Source: Octopus sinensis
Taxonomy: Eukaryota
Assembly (NCBI RefSeq): GCF_006345805.1
Contig: NC_042997.1
Location: forward strand, 81,964,001 to 82,028,000
Direction of reading: 5' to 3'
Length of the DNA: 64,000 nucleotides
In this document: piece after piece, positions 1-11,247 of the stretch
How positions within the stretch are numbered: position 1 is the first letter of the stretch
Layout: each line of letters opens with the position of its first letter
Notes under the pieces: model-generated
Databases searched by the model: none
Seen by the model: only the letters and a program-made list of their open reading frames with translations
Told to the model about the DNA's origin: nothing
Made by a program: the position numbers and the translations under genes

Positions 1-10
1 ATCTTATTAT

Positions 11-43
<33 letters not shown>

Positions 44-63
44 TATTATTATTATTATTATTA

Positions 64-100
<37 letters not shown>
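1..100. repeat. (TTA)n microsatellite, the tail/target of the adjacent minus-strand R4/Dong element
   Basis: Imperfect TTA run directly abutting the family A 3' UTR. Confidence 0.95.
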
Positions 101-522
101 TATTTTTGACTTTTGCTTTATGTCTGTACAAGTTGGCTTCAAGTCTCACCTAGAGACCTCAAGAGACAAGAGTTTGGAAGTTCACGTTGTTGTTATGCCT
201 AGTGTGCCATATATTCGACATTTTTTGGTGTTGTACTAGTGAATGTCTAATACACAGATTTTAAAAAAAATTGTTTTAAACCTTTGGATTACATAGAGAG
301 TATTTTGCGTAGGATATGAGCATTTCCCATGCGTACTATCTTTTGAATTTCTGCCATTTTGGGGTTTCCTGGTATCTGAGTTAGGTAGCAATCAGCCCAT
401 TTCACTAGCATTCCCAGGGCACCTATAACAACAGGTATTGTTTTAGTCTTCAGCTTCCACATTTTGCTGATTTCTATTTCAAGATCTTTATATTTGCTCA
501 GTATTTGGTATCGAGTGAGATG
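100..522 (-). mobile_element. R4/Dong-type non-LTR retrotransposon family A, 3' end fragment
   Basis: 3' UTR matches those at 18413, 38532, 43693 and 53254; reverse strand encodes the C-terminus ...KYKDLEIEISKMWKLK...GNAHILRKILSM; internal deletion near 510. Confidence 0.9.
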
Positions 523-529
523 TGGTCAT

Positions 530-568
530 TTTCATTATTATTATTATCATTATTATTATTATTATCAT

Positions 569-610
<42 letters not shown>

Positions 611-618
611 TATTATTA

Positions 619-658
<40 letters not shown>

Positions 659-680
659 GTTATTATTATTATTATTATTA
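530..680. repeat. (TTA)n microsatellite with an inverted (TAA)n core at about 570-610
   Basis: Directly visible; gives rise to the poly-I/poly-N/poly-Y ORFs. Confidence 0.95.
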
Positions 681-877
681 AGGCGGCGAGCTGGCACAAT
701 AGGTAGGACAACCTACAAAATGCAAAAATAACTCGTATTACACCCAACATATGTGAATGTATTCGGTAGAGGGAAACTGAAAAAGTCCATGAAAGCGCGC
801 ATGTGGGTATGTATACGTATGCTAATATCTATGTGTATGTGCCTTTGTATTCCACCGCTTGTGTTTCGTCGGGAAGC

Positions 878-1874
878 ACAATCAGTCCCTTTCGCTATCA
901 TTCCCAGGGCACCTATGACAACAGGTATTGTTTTAGTCTTCAGCTTCCACATTTTGCTGATTTCTATTTCAAGATCTTTATATTTGCTCAGTATTTGGTA
1001 GGTCTTGACAGATACGTTTATATCGATTGGGACAGTCATATCAATGAGGAGGCATGTTCTTTGTCTGAAGTCTTTCAATATGATGTCTGGCCTATTTGCA
1101 TCTATCTTTCTGTCAGTTTGAATGGTGAAGTTCCAGAGGAGTGAGATGTGGTCATTTTCAAGCACTGGATGTGGATTGTGTTCCCACCAGTTTTTTCTCA
1201 TGGGGCAAATTCAGGTTTTTGCAAATTACCCAGTGAATATAATGTGCAGCTCTATCATGCCTATTGAGGTACTCTGTAGGCGCTAGAAGACTGCATTTGG
1301 AGACAACATGATCAATGGTTTCATTTTGTTGTCGGCATACACTACATGTTGGGCTACTGCCGTTCTTTAATATGTTGGCCTGGTAGTTTCTTGTTGGTAG
1401 GCATTGATCTTGAGCTGCTATGATAAACCCCTCTGTTTCAGATTTTAAGCCAGAGGCCATTAGCCATTGATGGGTCAGGGCTTTGTCGATATCTGCGTTA
1501 TTCGCTCTCCTTGGGTATTCGCCATAGAGAGGTTTTTCTTGCCATTTATTATTCAGAATATCTAAGGCCGCAGTTTTGGCACGGGTTTTCATGCGCCTAG
1601 CTTTTTCTGTGCTTGTTTCTTGTATGTCTATCTCTAATTCCGAAATTGGTTGTATTCGGAATTCACTTAGATATTCCTTTGCCTGTTTTGTGACTGAGTA
1701 TGATGCTTTCTTGTTTTCATGTTTTGAGACAAGTTTTAACATCCAGTCCTCAGACATTTTCAGGTAGGTGTCTAGGCCAATTGTAGCAATCTTCATTGTT
1801 ATTGCCAGTTGCAAAAGACCACGGCCTCCCTCTTTTCTTGGCAGATAGAGTCGTTCTGTATCTGCCTTAGGGTA

Positions 1875-1878
<4 letters not shown>
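878..1878 (-). pseudogene. Family A R4/Dong fragment (post-RT region, CCHC finger, restriction-like endonuclease), 5'-truncated into TAA
   Basis: ORFs 1158-2060 and 713-1201: PKADTERLYLPRKEGGRGL, CSVCRQQNETIDHVVSKC, RPDIILKD, LIDMTVP, KYKDL; frameshift near 1190. Confidence 0.93.
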
Positions 1879-1945
<67 letters not shown>

Positions 1946-1955
1946 TATTATTATT

Positions 1956-2496
1956 GAGTGATAGAGCAGTGCATGCCATCAAAGTGACACTGAGGTAAAA
2001 TATACGATGCCCAGTATACCCATCATAACTACCCGTCTGATAAGGGTACATTAGGCACATGCATCACAACTACATGTGCGCAACATGGTGATCTCATATC
2101 AAGATAAACACCACATGACCTTGCATTTGGGGCCCAGTTAGAATTTTCTTCTGATCGAGTAACCAATCCCGCTCAAAAGTTCCCTGAATAAAGGTTGTTT
2201 ATGTATGGTGAACGAACGCCCATGTTTCCAGAGGTGAATTCTTCAAACCCCAAAGAATCAATCTCAACACATGGCTATGATGCTCCCCCACTACTTCTGC
2301 TCGTGATCAGAGGTGCACATATCGTCAGACACCTAGGGACATGCTCAACTGGTTAAGATCAAAAACTGACAAGCAAAATCTGTGGTATTGAGCAGAATAT
2401 TTGCTGTAGCCCATCTTTTATACCGAGACAAAACAATGAATATGATAACACTTCCAATCAGTTAAGATCAGAAGCCACGAGGGCCACTGCCTGCTA
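1956..2496 (-). mobile_element. Non-autonomous TAA-tailed element N, copy 1
   Basis: Homologous to 5083-5732, 17805-18346 and 52421-53226; minus-strand 3' end ...ctctatcactc(AAT)n; no credible ORF. Confidence 0.8.
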
Positions 2497-2554
2497 TTTA
2501 ATATTTTTATTATTATTATTATTATTATCATTATTATTATTATTATTTTTATTA

Positions 2555-2585
<31 letters not shown>

Positions 2586-2650
2586 TATCATTATTATTTG
2601 TATTATTATTATTATCATTATCATTATTATTATTATCATTATTATTATTA

Positions 2651-2958
2651 CGTTTATATATTTGTTTTGCAAGATTCTTGATGAGAAATCGTGTGTTGAA
2701 ACAGATGTGTTTCTATTTAAATTACAAAATTTAAAATACAAAATAGCTGACCGTTAGTAAGGAAAGACACACAAATGAGAAAGAAATAAGCAAAGGACCA
2801 CTGATGAGGTCACAGAAGTATGACGAAAGTATCTGGCCAAAATAAGATTAAAATTAATGTAAAAAATAAATAAAGCTCAAGCAAATTAACACCAAATATA
2901 TAGTGCGTGTGTCATTATTGGCTAAACTGGCAAAATGACCGTTCCTAGATATAACAAC
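2651..2958 (+). mobile_element. ~300 bp TAA-flanked hammerhead cassette G, copy 1
   Basis: Homologous to 21835-22130, 22312-22620 and 56698-56992, partially to about 34930-35170 and 61205-61425. Confidence 0.75.
2795..2838 (+). ncRNA. Minimal type I hammerhead ribozyme motif
   Basis: GGACCA-CTGATGA-G-GTCACA-GAAG-TATGAC-GAAA-GTA-TC-TGGCC: core CUGANGA/GAAA/UH intact, stem II 5 of 6 pairs. Confidence 0.62.
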
Positions 2959-3186
2959 ATTATTATTATAATTATTATTATCATTATTGTTATTATTATT
3001 ATTACATTTTTTTTTTCTTCTTTCAAATTTTCTTCCATTTCTTGCCGGTCATCTTCCCGGCACCTAGGGCAAAGAAACTCATAGTATACATTGGTAGGTC
3101 ATTAAACCAAATTCAATAATTCGTTCATTTTATTTTTTTTATTTTTTTTTTTAAGTTAAATTAAAAAACATGAGCAGCAACAGTTC

Positions 3187-4569
3187 TCACAGCGACAATG
3201 ATCTTCTCAATACGTGTGATGTACCAGTTAAGACAATATTTTGCACTTCTTGCAGGGATGGTAAGCCAGGGATCATTCTCATATAATTTTCGGTTCCCTT
3301 CTTGATCATTCCTAGTGCTCCTACGTTCACTGGTATTGTAACCGCCTTGAGATGCCACATTTTCTCAATTTCAATGAGTAGGTCTTTATATTTTCTGAGC
3401 TTGTCAAACTCTTTCGCCGAGATATTATGATCACAGGGGATGCTCATGTCGATCAATAAGCAAACTTTATTGTTCTTGTCTTTCACAACAATATCTGGTT
3501 TATTGGCTTTGATGGTTCGGTCTGTTTGTACTGGAAAGTCCCACAGAATCGTTACACTTTCTCCTTCAGTTACAGCTTCAGGGTGATGATTATACCACTT
3601 GTCGGCAGTTTTGATATTGTAATGCCGACTTATTAGCCAGTGTAGATATTGGCCAACTCTGTCATGTCTTAATTTATACTCCACTGGTGCTAAGACTTTA
3701 CATCCAGAGATTAGGTGGTCCACTGTTTCAATCATGTCATTGCAGAATCGGCATTTTGGGTCTGCTCCATTTTTCATTACATTGGCCTGGTAGTTCCGGG
3801 TTAATAGGCTTTGATCTTGAGCAGCCAGGATGAAACCTTCGCTCTCTGCTTTTAGCTCTGAGATCCGTAACCACTTATGGGTTTGCTTCTGGTCGACATC
3901 AGCTTGTTTGCTACGGGCCACATATTTGCCGTGCAGAGGTTTCTCCTTCCACCTATCAGCCAATTGCTCGTGCGCTTTTTTCGTTGCCATTATTTTCACC
4001 TTCTTTGCAACAATAGTTGCCGTACTTCCCTCGGGTTGTTCAGTTTGGGTATTCTGCACGAGATCAATAGCAAATCTTTTGCTTTCCTTTATGATAGAAT
4101 GAAGATTCTTTCGTCTCTCGTGATTTTCCACGAGCTTTAGCATCCAGTCATTCGTTATTTCGAGATATTTGGCCAGTCCAATTGTGGTTGTTTTGTAAGC
4201 TAGTTCAAATTGGATCTTGCCTCGACCTCCTTGGGCTCTGGGAAGGTAAAGGCGATCTACGTCTGCCTTTGGGTGGTGCATCCTATTACAACTCAGCAGC
4301 TTGCGTATTTTCCTGTCTATATTCTTTACTTCACTCATATTCCAGTTCAACACATTGTAGCTATAAGTAACAACTGGAACTGCTAAGGAATTTATAGCTA
4401 ACACCTTGTTACGTGCATTTAGTTCAGATTTCAGGACTGCACGAACTCTCCTATAACATTCCTTCCTGATCTTCTCTTTCATGCTTGCATGCTGAATACC
4501 AGAGCCTTCATTTATCCCTAAATATTTGTATGTTTGTTCTTGCTCAAGCTCTCTTATGACTGTCAACAT
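3187..4569 (-). CDS. Family B ORF, C-terminal part: RT thumb, CCHC finger, restriction-like endonuclease (460 aa)
   Basis: YKYLG, HHPKADVDRLYLPRAQGGRG, CRFCNDMIETVDHLISGC, RHDRVG, KPDIVVKD, LIDMSIP, KYKDL. Confidence 0.9.
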   Translation of the reverse strand: MLTVIRELEQEQTYKYLGINEGSGIQHASMKEKIRKECYRRVRAVLKSELNARNKVLAINSLAVPVVTYSYNVLNWNMSEVKNIDRKIRKLLSCNRMHHPKADVDRLYLPRAQGGRGKIQFELAYKTTTIGLAKYLEITNDWMLKLVENHERRKNLHSIIKESKRFAIDLVQNTQTEQPEGSTATIVAKKVKIMATKKAHEQLADRWKEKPLHGKYVARSKQADVDQKQTHKWLRISELKAESEGFILAAQDQSLLTRNYQANVMKNGADPKCRFCNDMIETVDHLISGCKVLAPVEYKLRHDRVGQYLHWLISRHYNIKTADKWYNHHPEAVTEGESVTILWDFPVQTDRTIKANKPDIVVKDKNNKVCLLIDMSIPCDHNISAKEFDKLRKYKDLLIEIEKMWHLKAVTIPVNVGALGMIKKGTENYMRMIPGLPSLQEVQNIVLTGTSHVLRRSLSL

Positions 4570-5002
4570 CTAACACGACTGAGTTTGTGGTCTTCACTTT
4601 CCCTTTCTGGAAAGTGGCCTTGGCACACTTCTCAAGCCCAAACTCCATCCCGGTGTCATCGCTGAATGCTTTCACAGTGCGCGATAGGCCTTCTAGTTCA
4701 TTATTGTCTTTACCATAGAGTTTTAAGTCATCCATATAAAATAGATGGCTTATTTTTTTATTGGCAATTTTATACCCATACCTTGTTCTGTTTAATTCAC
4801 TTGTAAGGGGTATTAGGGCTATGCAGAATATTAAAGGTGAAAGTGAGTCACCTTGAAAAATTCCACAGTTAATGTTTATATTTTCTGAGGCAAGTACTCC
4901 ATTAGAGTGGTATAATTGGAGATTCGTATTCCACAACGACATATTGTGCTTCAGGAAGCTTGAAATCACAGGGGAAATTTTAAAGATGTCCAGCAATCTC
5001 AA
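4544..5002 (-). pseudogene. Family B reverse transcriptase core, frameshifted from the downstream ORF
   Basis: GIFQGDSLSPLIFCIAL, SHLFYMDDLKLY, FGLEKCAK. Confidence 0.92.
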
Positions 5003-5082
5003 GATCCATGGATGCGGTATACTGTCGAAGGCCTTTTTATAGACAATCCATGCGGATTATTATTATTATTATTATTATTATT

Positions 5083-5732
5083 GAGTGAGAGAGCAGTTCA
5101 TGCCATCAAAGTGACACTGGGGTAAAATATACGAAGCCCAATATACCCATCATGACTACCCGTCTGATAAAGGTACACCAGGCACATGCATCACAACCAT
5201 ATGTGCGCGACATGGTGATCTCATATCAAGATAAACAACACATGACCTTGCAGGTGGGGCCCAGTTAGAATTTTCTTCAGGTTGAGTAGCCCATCCTGCT
5301 CAAACGGTCCCTGAATAAGGGTTGCTTTAGGATGTTGAACGAAACACCTATGTTTCCAGAGGTGAACCATTCAAACTCCAAAGAATCCCTCTCAACACAT
5401 GGCCATGATGCTCCCCCACTACTTCTGCTCGTGATCAGAGATGCACATATCGTCAGCCACTAAGGGACATGCTCAACTGGTTAAGGTCAAACAACTGACA
5501 AGCAAACCTGTGGTATTGAGCAGAATATTTGCTGTAGCCCATCTTTTATACCAAGACAAAACAATGTACATGATAACACTTCCAGTCAGTTAAGATCAGA
5601 AGCCATGAGAGCCACTGCCTGGTACTGCATCAGGGCATTGAGAGCCACTGCCTGGTACTGCATCAGGGCATTTAGAGCCACTGCCTGGTACTGCATCAGG
5701 GCATTGAGAGCCACTGCCTGGTACTGCATCAG
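5083..5732 (-). mobile_element. Element N, copy 2
   Basis: Same sequence as N1; TTA on both sides; 5' end tandemly duplicated. Confidence 0.8.
5607..5732. repeat. 33-bp tandem repeat, about 3.8 copies
   Basis: gagagccactgcctggtactgcatcagggcatt repeated head to tail. Confidence 0.95.
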
Positions 5733-5809
5733 TATTATTATTATCATTATTATTATTATTATTATTATTATTAATATAATCATTATTATTATCGTTATTA
5801 TTATTATTA

Positions 5810-5852
<43 letters not shown>

Positions 5853-6420
5853 TAAGACGTAACTCAGTATCCAAAATCGTGATTTTCTTGATTGAAGATA
5901 TATTGTCTACCGGGGGTTTGTATTTGCAATCAAATTTGAATTTTTCAGTTGGTGCTCAAGCCTTGAAAAAAAATAGAGTTAAACTACATCAGCCGTAAGG
6001 GATTACATGTCTATCTTATCTAACTCGTCCAGTGGAGCCCGCTTTTACTCGAACTTCGATCTAACCCCGAGCTTGGGACAACAAACTTCAGTTGGATAAA
6101 CTCGACTAGTAAGCTCTTTGCTCTTTATAACGTAGCAATTCACCATACGTAGGCATAAAGGAAAAAATGAGCTCATACTAATCCTGATATAACGACCTGC
6201 CTGAATGTGCCCATGTGTCGTCTAAGGCACGTGTATGCCGTGTACAATAGACAGTCATGTTAAAAGACATACCATGGGGCGAGGGATGATGTAGCATAAA
6301 CCCACGCTTTAAAGCAATTTTGGGAAGGGGTGAAATTACCCTTATAGTTAAAAGTTATGATCAACAATTGTTGATTTAAATCAGACCAGGTTTATTAGCT
6401 ATCCTGAGATAAGGATTTTT

Positions 6421-7874
6421 TTGAAGGGGCAAGTCGATGCCTCCAGACAGCGTCGTGGGACGTTGGACGGAGGGCCCGATTAAGTTGCTCGGGGTTTGGT
6501 TCGGTCCAGACCTCCAAATAGAGAAGAACTGGAGCGAGGTATCGAGCAAGGTGGCTGCAGTAGCCAAGACTTGGTCTTGGCGGTGGTTATCCTTGAAAGG
6601 TAGGGCGGAGGTAGCCAATGTGTTTATCGCATCGGTGATGACCTACCGCCTTGCCGTCGTGCCTTGCCCGGATTCGTGGTTGATCAAGTTGGAGAGACAG
6701 ATCTTTCGCTTCTTGTGGAAGGGCTCGAAACCGCTTGTGAAACTCTCTGTTTGTTGTCAAAAACCGTTAAATGGTGGACTAGGGATGCCGTGGCTAATGA
6801 TGCGCAGAAATGCGCTGAGGCTAAGGCACCTGTGGCTCCATCTGGGTGGTGAACGGGTGTGGTCTCCGCTGGCGAAACAGATGTTCCCCAGGTTCACCAG
6901 TTTCGCTGGACGGGAGGACTGGTATAATCGCAGATCGAAGTTGGGTACGTGGTATACGGAGTGTCGCAAGGCACTCCGACTATTCCGTCGCTCGGGCAAT
7001 GCCTGCGGCAGTGGTTCCACCGCTGTGTTTTATAGAGGATTTGTAGAGGCCGGTAACGATGATACGCTAGGAGAAACCCTAGGTTTCAACGATAATCAGC
7101 TGGCCAGTCTGTTCCAACGTACATTCGGGCCGAAGACCCTGGATAATTTCCAGAAGTCTTTGGCTTGGCAGTGCTACCGAGGAGCCTTACCTGTTCGGGA
7201 CAAGCTTGCAAGGCACGGTGGCCAAGTCAGCCCGACCTGTGCGAGTTGTGAGCGAGAACGGGAAACCGTCTCGCACGCGATCGTGCAGTGTCCGGAGGTG
7301 GCAGATATGTGGGTTTGTGCCGAACAACTGATGTCAGGTGAAGGAAGAGTACAGTTATCAGCCGAATCCATTGTAAAAATCAGCCCACCAGATTTCTTAA
7401 CGAAAGAAGGTAAGATTTGTTTTCTCGCTGTGGTTTCAACTGCGAAACAGGCAGTGTGGAAGACAAAGATGAAAGGGATGATAACAGGCGACTTCATCTC
7501 TGGTTCAGGTCTGGTGGAATATTTTAAATTCCAACTGAAAAGACATATAGAACTAGAGAGGAGGAGCCTGAGCAAGAAAGTGTTTGATGAAAGGTGGGAA
7601 AATGTGGTGAGTAAAAGGTACCTCACAAATACGAGATAGGTCGTAAAAAGAAAAAAACAGAAGGTTAAGTGTCGTGGCGGGGAGCGAGGGGTCCGTAGAC
7701 CCGCCCCACTACATTTTGTAAAAATTGTCCCTGTAATTGTTTTATCATACGAACTTTAATTCATCATGCATTTTTAATCGACCTCAGAAACTCATTTTAT
7801 TGTTGTAATCATTCGTGATTGTGTTGTTCGTTCTATGTCGCTCCTAGTGGGTAATAAAGAAAAAAAGAGAAAAA
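6421..7874 (+). mobile_element. 5'-truncated Tx1/L1-clade LINE with A-rich tail and 17-bp target-site duplication
   Basis: TSD CTGAGATAAGG(A/G)TTTTT at 6404-6420 and 7875-7891; single empty copy at 27952-27968; AATAAA followed by an A-rich tail. Confidence 0.92.
6437..7639 (+). CDS. Tx1-like ORF2 C-terminal part (post-RT region plus zf-RVT), 400 aa uninterrupted
   Basis: IKLLGVWFG, LSLKGRAEVAN, GGLG, WQCYRGALPVRDKL, CASCERERETVSHAIVQC. Confidence 0.88.
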   Translation: MPPDSVVGRWTEGPIKLLGVWFGPDLQIEKNWSEVSSKVAAVAKTWSWRWLSLKGRAEVANVFIASVMTYRLAVVPCPDSWLIKLERQIFRFLWKGSKPLVKLSVCCQKPLNGGLGMPWLMMRRNALRLRHLWLHLGGERVWSPLAKQMFPRFTSFAGREDWYNRRSKLGTWYTECRKALRLFRRSGNACGSGSTAVFYRGFVEAGNDDTLGETLGFNDNQLASLFQRTFGPKTLDNFQKSLAWQCYRGALPVRDKLARHGGQVSPTCASCERERETVSHAIVQCPEVADMWVCAEQLMSGEGRVQLSAESIVKISPPDFLTKEGKICFLAVVSTAKQAVWKTKMKGMITGDFISGSGLVEYFKFQLKRHIELERRSLSKKVFDERWENVVSKRYLTNTR

Positions 7875-8498
7875 CTGAGATAAGGGTTTTTAAAATTTCC
7901 TAACTGATATTTCTCGCAAAAAATGTTGCATGTACAAATTATCTTGAATGAACTGTTCAAACATATGCAAAAAATAGAAAAAGAATCATTCGTTTATGAT
8001 CTCCCCTTGTTCAGAGCGGTCGACGTAACGGAGCATCTTTTGGTAGAAGCTATGAGATATTCCATCGAACTTTTCAGATATCAATTGGTAAAGCTCCGGC
8101 TCGTTCTTTGCCTCGCCTTGGATAACCGAGTGTGGAGCTTAGATGTTCCGCTCATAAACACACACATCGCCCAAGCTGAGATTCGAACCTGCGATCCCTC
8201 TTAAAAGAAAAAAATCCATTCGCTTTGAGGAGCTGCAAATTGAACAATATTTTAACAAAAAAGTGACTTCATAAAACGATTATAAAGAGCAAAGAGCTTA
8301 CTATTCGAGTTTATCCAACTCAAGTTTATTGAAGTTCGAGCAACAGTGGGCTCTACTGGACGGGTTAGATAAGATAGACATGTATTCCCTTACGGCTGAT
8401 GTAGTTTAACTCTCCTTTGTCCAAGGCTTGAGCACCTATTGAAAATTAGATGGTAAAGAATCGAAACTAGATAGAAAACACCTATATTATTATTATTA

Positions 8499-8715
8499 GT
8501 TTGGCAGCCAGCCGACAGAATCGTTAGCACGCAGAGAAAAGTGCTTGGAGGTATTTCGCATGTTGCTACGTTCTGAGTTCAAATCCTGCAGAGGTCGGCT
8601 TTGCCCTTCATCTTTTCGGACCAGATAAAATAAGTACCAGTTGAACACTGGGGTCGATGTAATCGACTCATCTCCTCCCCCATAATGGCTACTCTTGTGG
8701 CAAAATTTGAAACAG

Positions 8716-8716
<1 letters not shown>
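8499..8716 (+). mobile_element. tRNA-derived SINE (octopus-like)
   Basis: A-box-like tggcag..agaatcgttagc, B-box gagttcaaatcc, body aagtaccagttgaacactggggtcgatgtaatcgact, TAT tail; paralogs at 28585 and 29345. Confidence 0.8.
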
Positions 8717-8749
<33 letters not shown>

Positions 8750-9370
8750 GACGTAACACAGTATCCAAAATCGTGATTTCGTTGATTGAAGATATTTTTC
8801 TACCGGGGGTTTGTATTGTCGGTCACGTTACAACAAGGATCTCAGAAAGACAGTATCTTAAGCAATATGCGTGCTGTTCCCAGTAATGCCGTGTTTTGCA
8901 ATATTCCTAGATTGTAGGGTATTTCTAAAGTTTCCAGATATTTCTTCATATTGTGTGGTATTGAACCCAATACTCCGATGATAATTGGGACAACCTTTAT
9001 ATTTGACTGTCGTAACTGCCACAACATGGCGATTTCAATTCCCACGTCTCCATATTTATCGATCGCTTCTCTTTCTTTCATAATATGTTGATCTTCTGGC
9101 AGTGACACTTCGGTTATTAGGCACTCTTGTTTTTCCCTCCTAAAAGTTGCTTTGTCCGGTCTTCGATGCTCTAAGTTAAAGTCCCAGAGGATTTCTACCT
9201 TCTCCTTTTGGTCCTTTACTTTTAGTGGAGTATGAGTTTGGCAAGCTCCCATTACCTCGTATCCATACTTCCGACATTGTAGCTAGTCAAGTTTCTGCGC
9301 TACGTTGTCATGTCTGCGGTTGTACTCTTTCTGCGCAAGACGTTCACAAGCTTGTGAAAGCGGGCATGTG
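8750..9370 (-). pseudogene. Degenerate R4/Dong family E 3' fragment (RLE C-terminus plus 3' UTR)
   Basis: ACERLAQKEYNRRHDNVAQKL, ILWDF, RRPD, QNTALLGTARILLKILSF; copies at 22671, 29610, 35205 and 61460; stubs at 5856 and 57202. Confidence 0.85.
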
Positions 9371-9393
9371 CGTGTGTGTATATATTTATATAT

Positions 9394-10335
9394 CCAGGTG
9401 GAGAAAAACTGGGACGAAGTGACGAACAGGGAAGCCAATCTCACCCAGAAGTCGGCCGAGAGGAAGCTGTTCCTGAAAGGTCGAGCAGAGGGGGAGAATG
9501 CGTATATCACATCCGTCACCTACTACCGCTTGACTGTCGAAACTTGCCCCTTACGTTGGCTGAACATGCTGGTCGGCATACACATCCAATTTCTGTGGAG
9601 GGATCTCGTTCCGCTGGTAAGGTGCTCCATCTGCTGTCAGCAACCGCTAAATGGCGGCTTAGGCCCACCGTGGTTGATGAAGCACAGATATCCGCTCAGA
9701 CTGCAACATCTCGAGATCCACCTTGATTGTGAGCAGGTTCGGTCGCCGTTTGTTAGACTCGCTCTTCCACAGCTGGTATCTTTGCCTCAGCTGCAGTCCT
9801 GGATTAGGCTCAGTAAAGTTTGCAAACGCCTTGGAAACGCCTTGGAAACGAGGTCACATTTTAAATGACCTGAGGTCCCTCAGTGTAGAAGTAGCAGCCA
9901 TTAGTGAAACCAGAGTTTCCAACACGCAGGACCTCATAACACTTTCGGTGGATAAAAGATTTTTCTATCTCCGTGTCGGCCAAGAGGAGGCGGTGGTGGT
10001 ACTTCAGTGCTTTTCCGAAAAGATCTGGATTTGTAAATAAAGGCAATCTCCCTGGATCCAGAAAGTAAGTTAGTGGTTCTAGATGTGAGCAACAGTGACG
10101 GCGGTACCTTCAGACAGGGGAGGGCGACAGATTACTTCAAGTGTCTGGAGGTTTTCTTGGGAACGTCTCGAGCTTTAGTGTTAGTAGGGGATTGAAACGC
10201 TGTCTTAGATGGATGTTTCGATTGCGTGGGGCTATGTGATAGGAGAGTGGGTTGCAACATCCTAACAAACCTGCGTAGATGTTTTCAACTGTCTGACAGG
10301 TACCAAGTAGATTAACCGCATGTGCTAATGTGGAC
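9394..10335 (+). pseudogene. Degenerate Tx1-like fragments: post-RT piece fused to APE endonuclease piece
   Basis: EKNWDEVTNR..KLFLKGRAE followed by PWKRGHILNDLRSL.V.VAAISETR and LVLVGD.NAVLD. Confidence 0.82.
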
Positions 10336-11247
10336 ATCTTTGGTGTTTGATAGTCGATGGTTGTCATAAGCAAAAATATATTTCTACTTAGAGTACAGTT
10401 GCTGCCACCTTCTAACTTCGAACTCAGTACTTGACTGGTACTTTACTTAATCAACCCTGAAATGATGAATTAGCCACGTTGACGTCAGTAGCGTTTGAAC
10501 TCAGGTTGCAAAGAGATACAGCAAGGCAGTATTTCCAGTTCTCCAACAATCCTGCCAATATACCACCTTCGTGCCATGAACAAATAATAAAAGACAAAAA
10601 TTAAATTTAAAAAATAATCAGTATATATTACATCATCGGCAAAACTGGAGAAGACGCGCTCTATCTCAGTAAGAACGAAATAAACAGACAGGTGTTAGTT
10701 GTGATGGTGGTTATAGTGAAGATAATCGGTGATTGTAGTAAGAGAAGGATGAAAACGACGATGACATCAAATACAAGATAGGTTGAAATATTTTCTCATA
10801 TTTCAAGCTTTATCTGATACTAGAAACAAATTACATACGAAAACCACTTATTCTTCAAAATATATCTCAATATATTCTACTGTCTGTTACCATCGTTGTA
10901 TGAGAAGCTCAGTATCATACTTGTACCGTTTGGGTGATTTTAGAGGCAAAAAGCTTACAGCAGTGTTTTTCAACCTCATCCATATTGATGAAACTTCGTC
11001 CATACAGCTGAGCACTGGTGTCAATGTAATCGATTTACCCTCTCACCTGAAATTGCTGACTTGTATCAAAATTTGAAACCAATCATTATTATGTCGAATT
11101 CATATTATTTTTTTTAACCCCAGTCACACCCGAAGCGATCAGACGATGTTTAAACACAGATATCCCAGTCTTCACAATTCTCATTTTTTGTCCTGGCATT
11201 CTTTAGGCTTGACGATGTACAGTGTCCGGTATGAAAAATTAGAGATA

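Larger units (their letters stand above)
3005..5055 (-). mobile_element. R4/Dong-type non-LTR retrotransposon family B, 5'-truncated
   Basis: Both ends in TTA runs; contains the RT and RLE ORF pieces listed below. Confidence 0.93.
5924..8484. mobile_element. MITE/foldback-like element with ~220 bp TIRs, left end clipped, interrupted by a Tx1 insertion
   Basis: 5930-6130 is the reverse complement of about 8277-8470; uninterrupted paralog at 27466-28571. Confidence 0.75.

Noticed and set aside
464-731. Poly-Ile, poly-Asn, poly-Leu and poly-Tyr ORFs here and throughout the window
   Set aside because: Translations of (TTA)n/(TAA)n microsatellites, with no coding evidence
10783-11076. Recurrent ~97 aa ORFs (10783, 31582) and ~100 aa ORFs (12929, 32488, 58694) as conserved host genes
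   Set aside because: They recur only because the DNA is duplicated, have non-ATG or weak starts, run into SINE sequence and are disrupted in other copies
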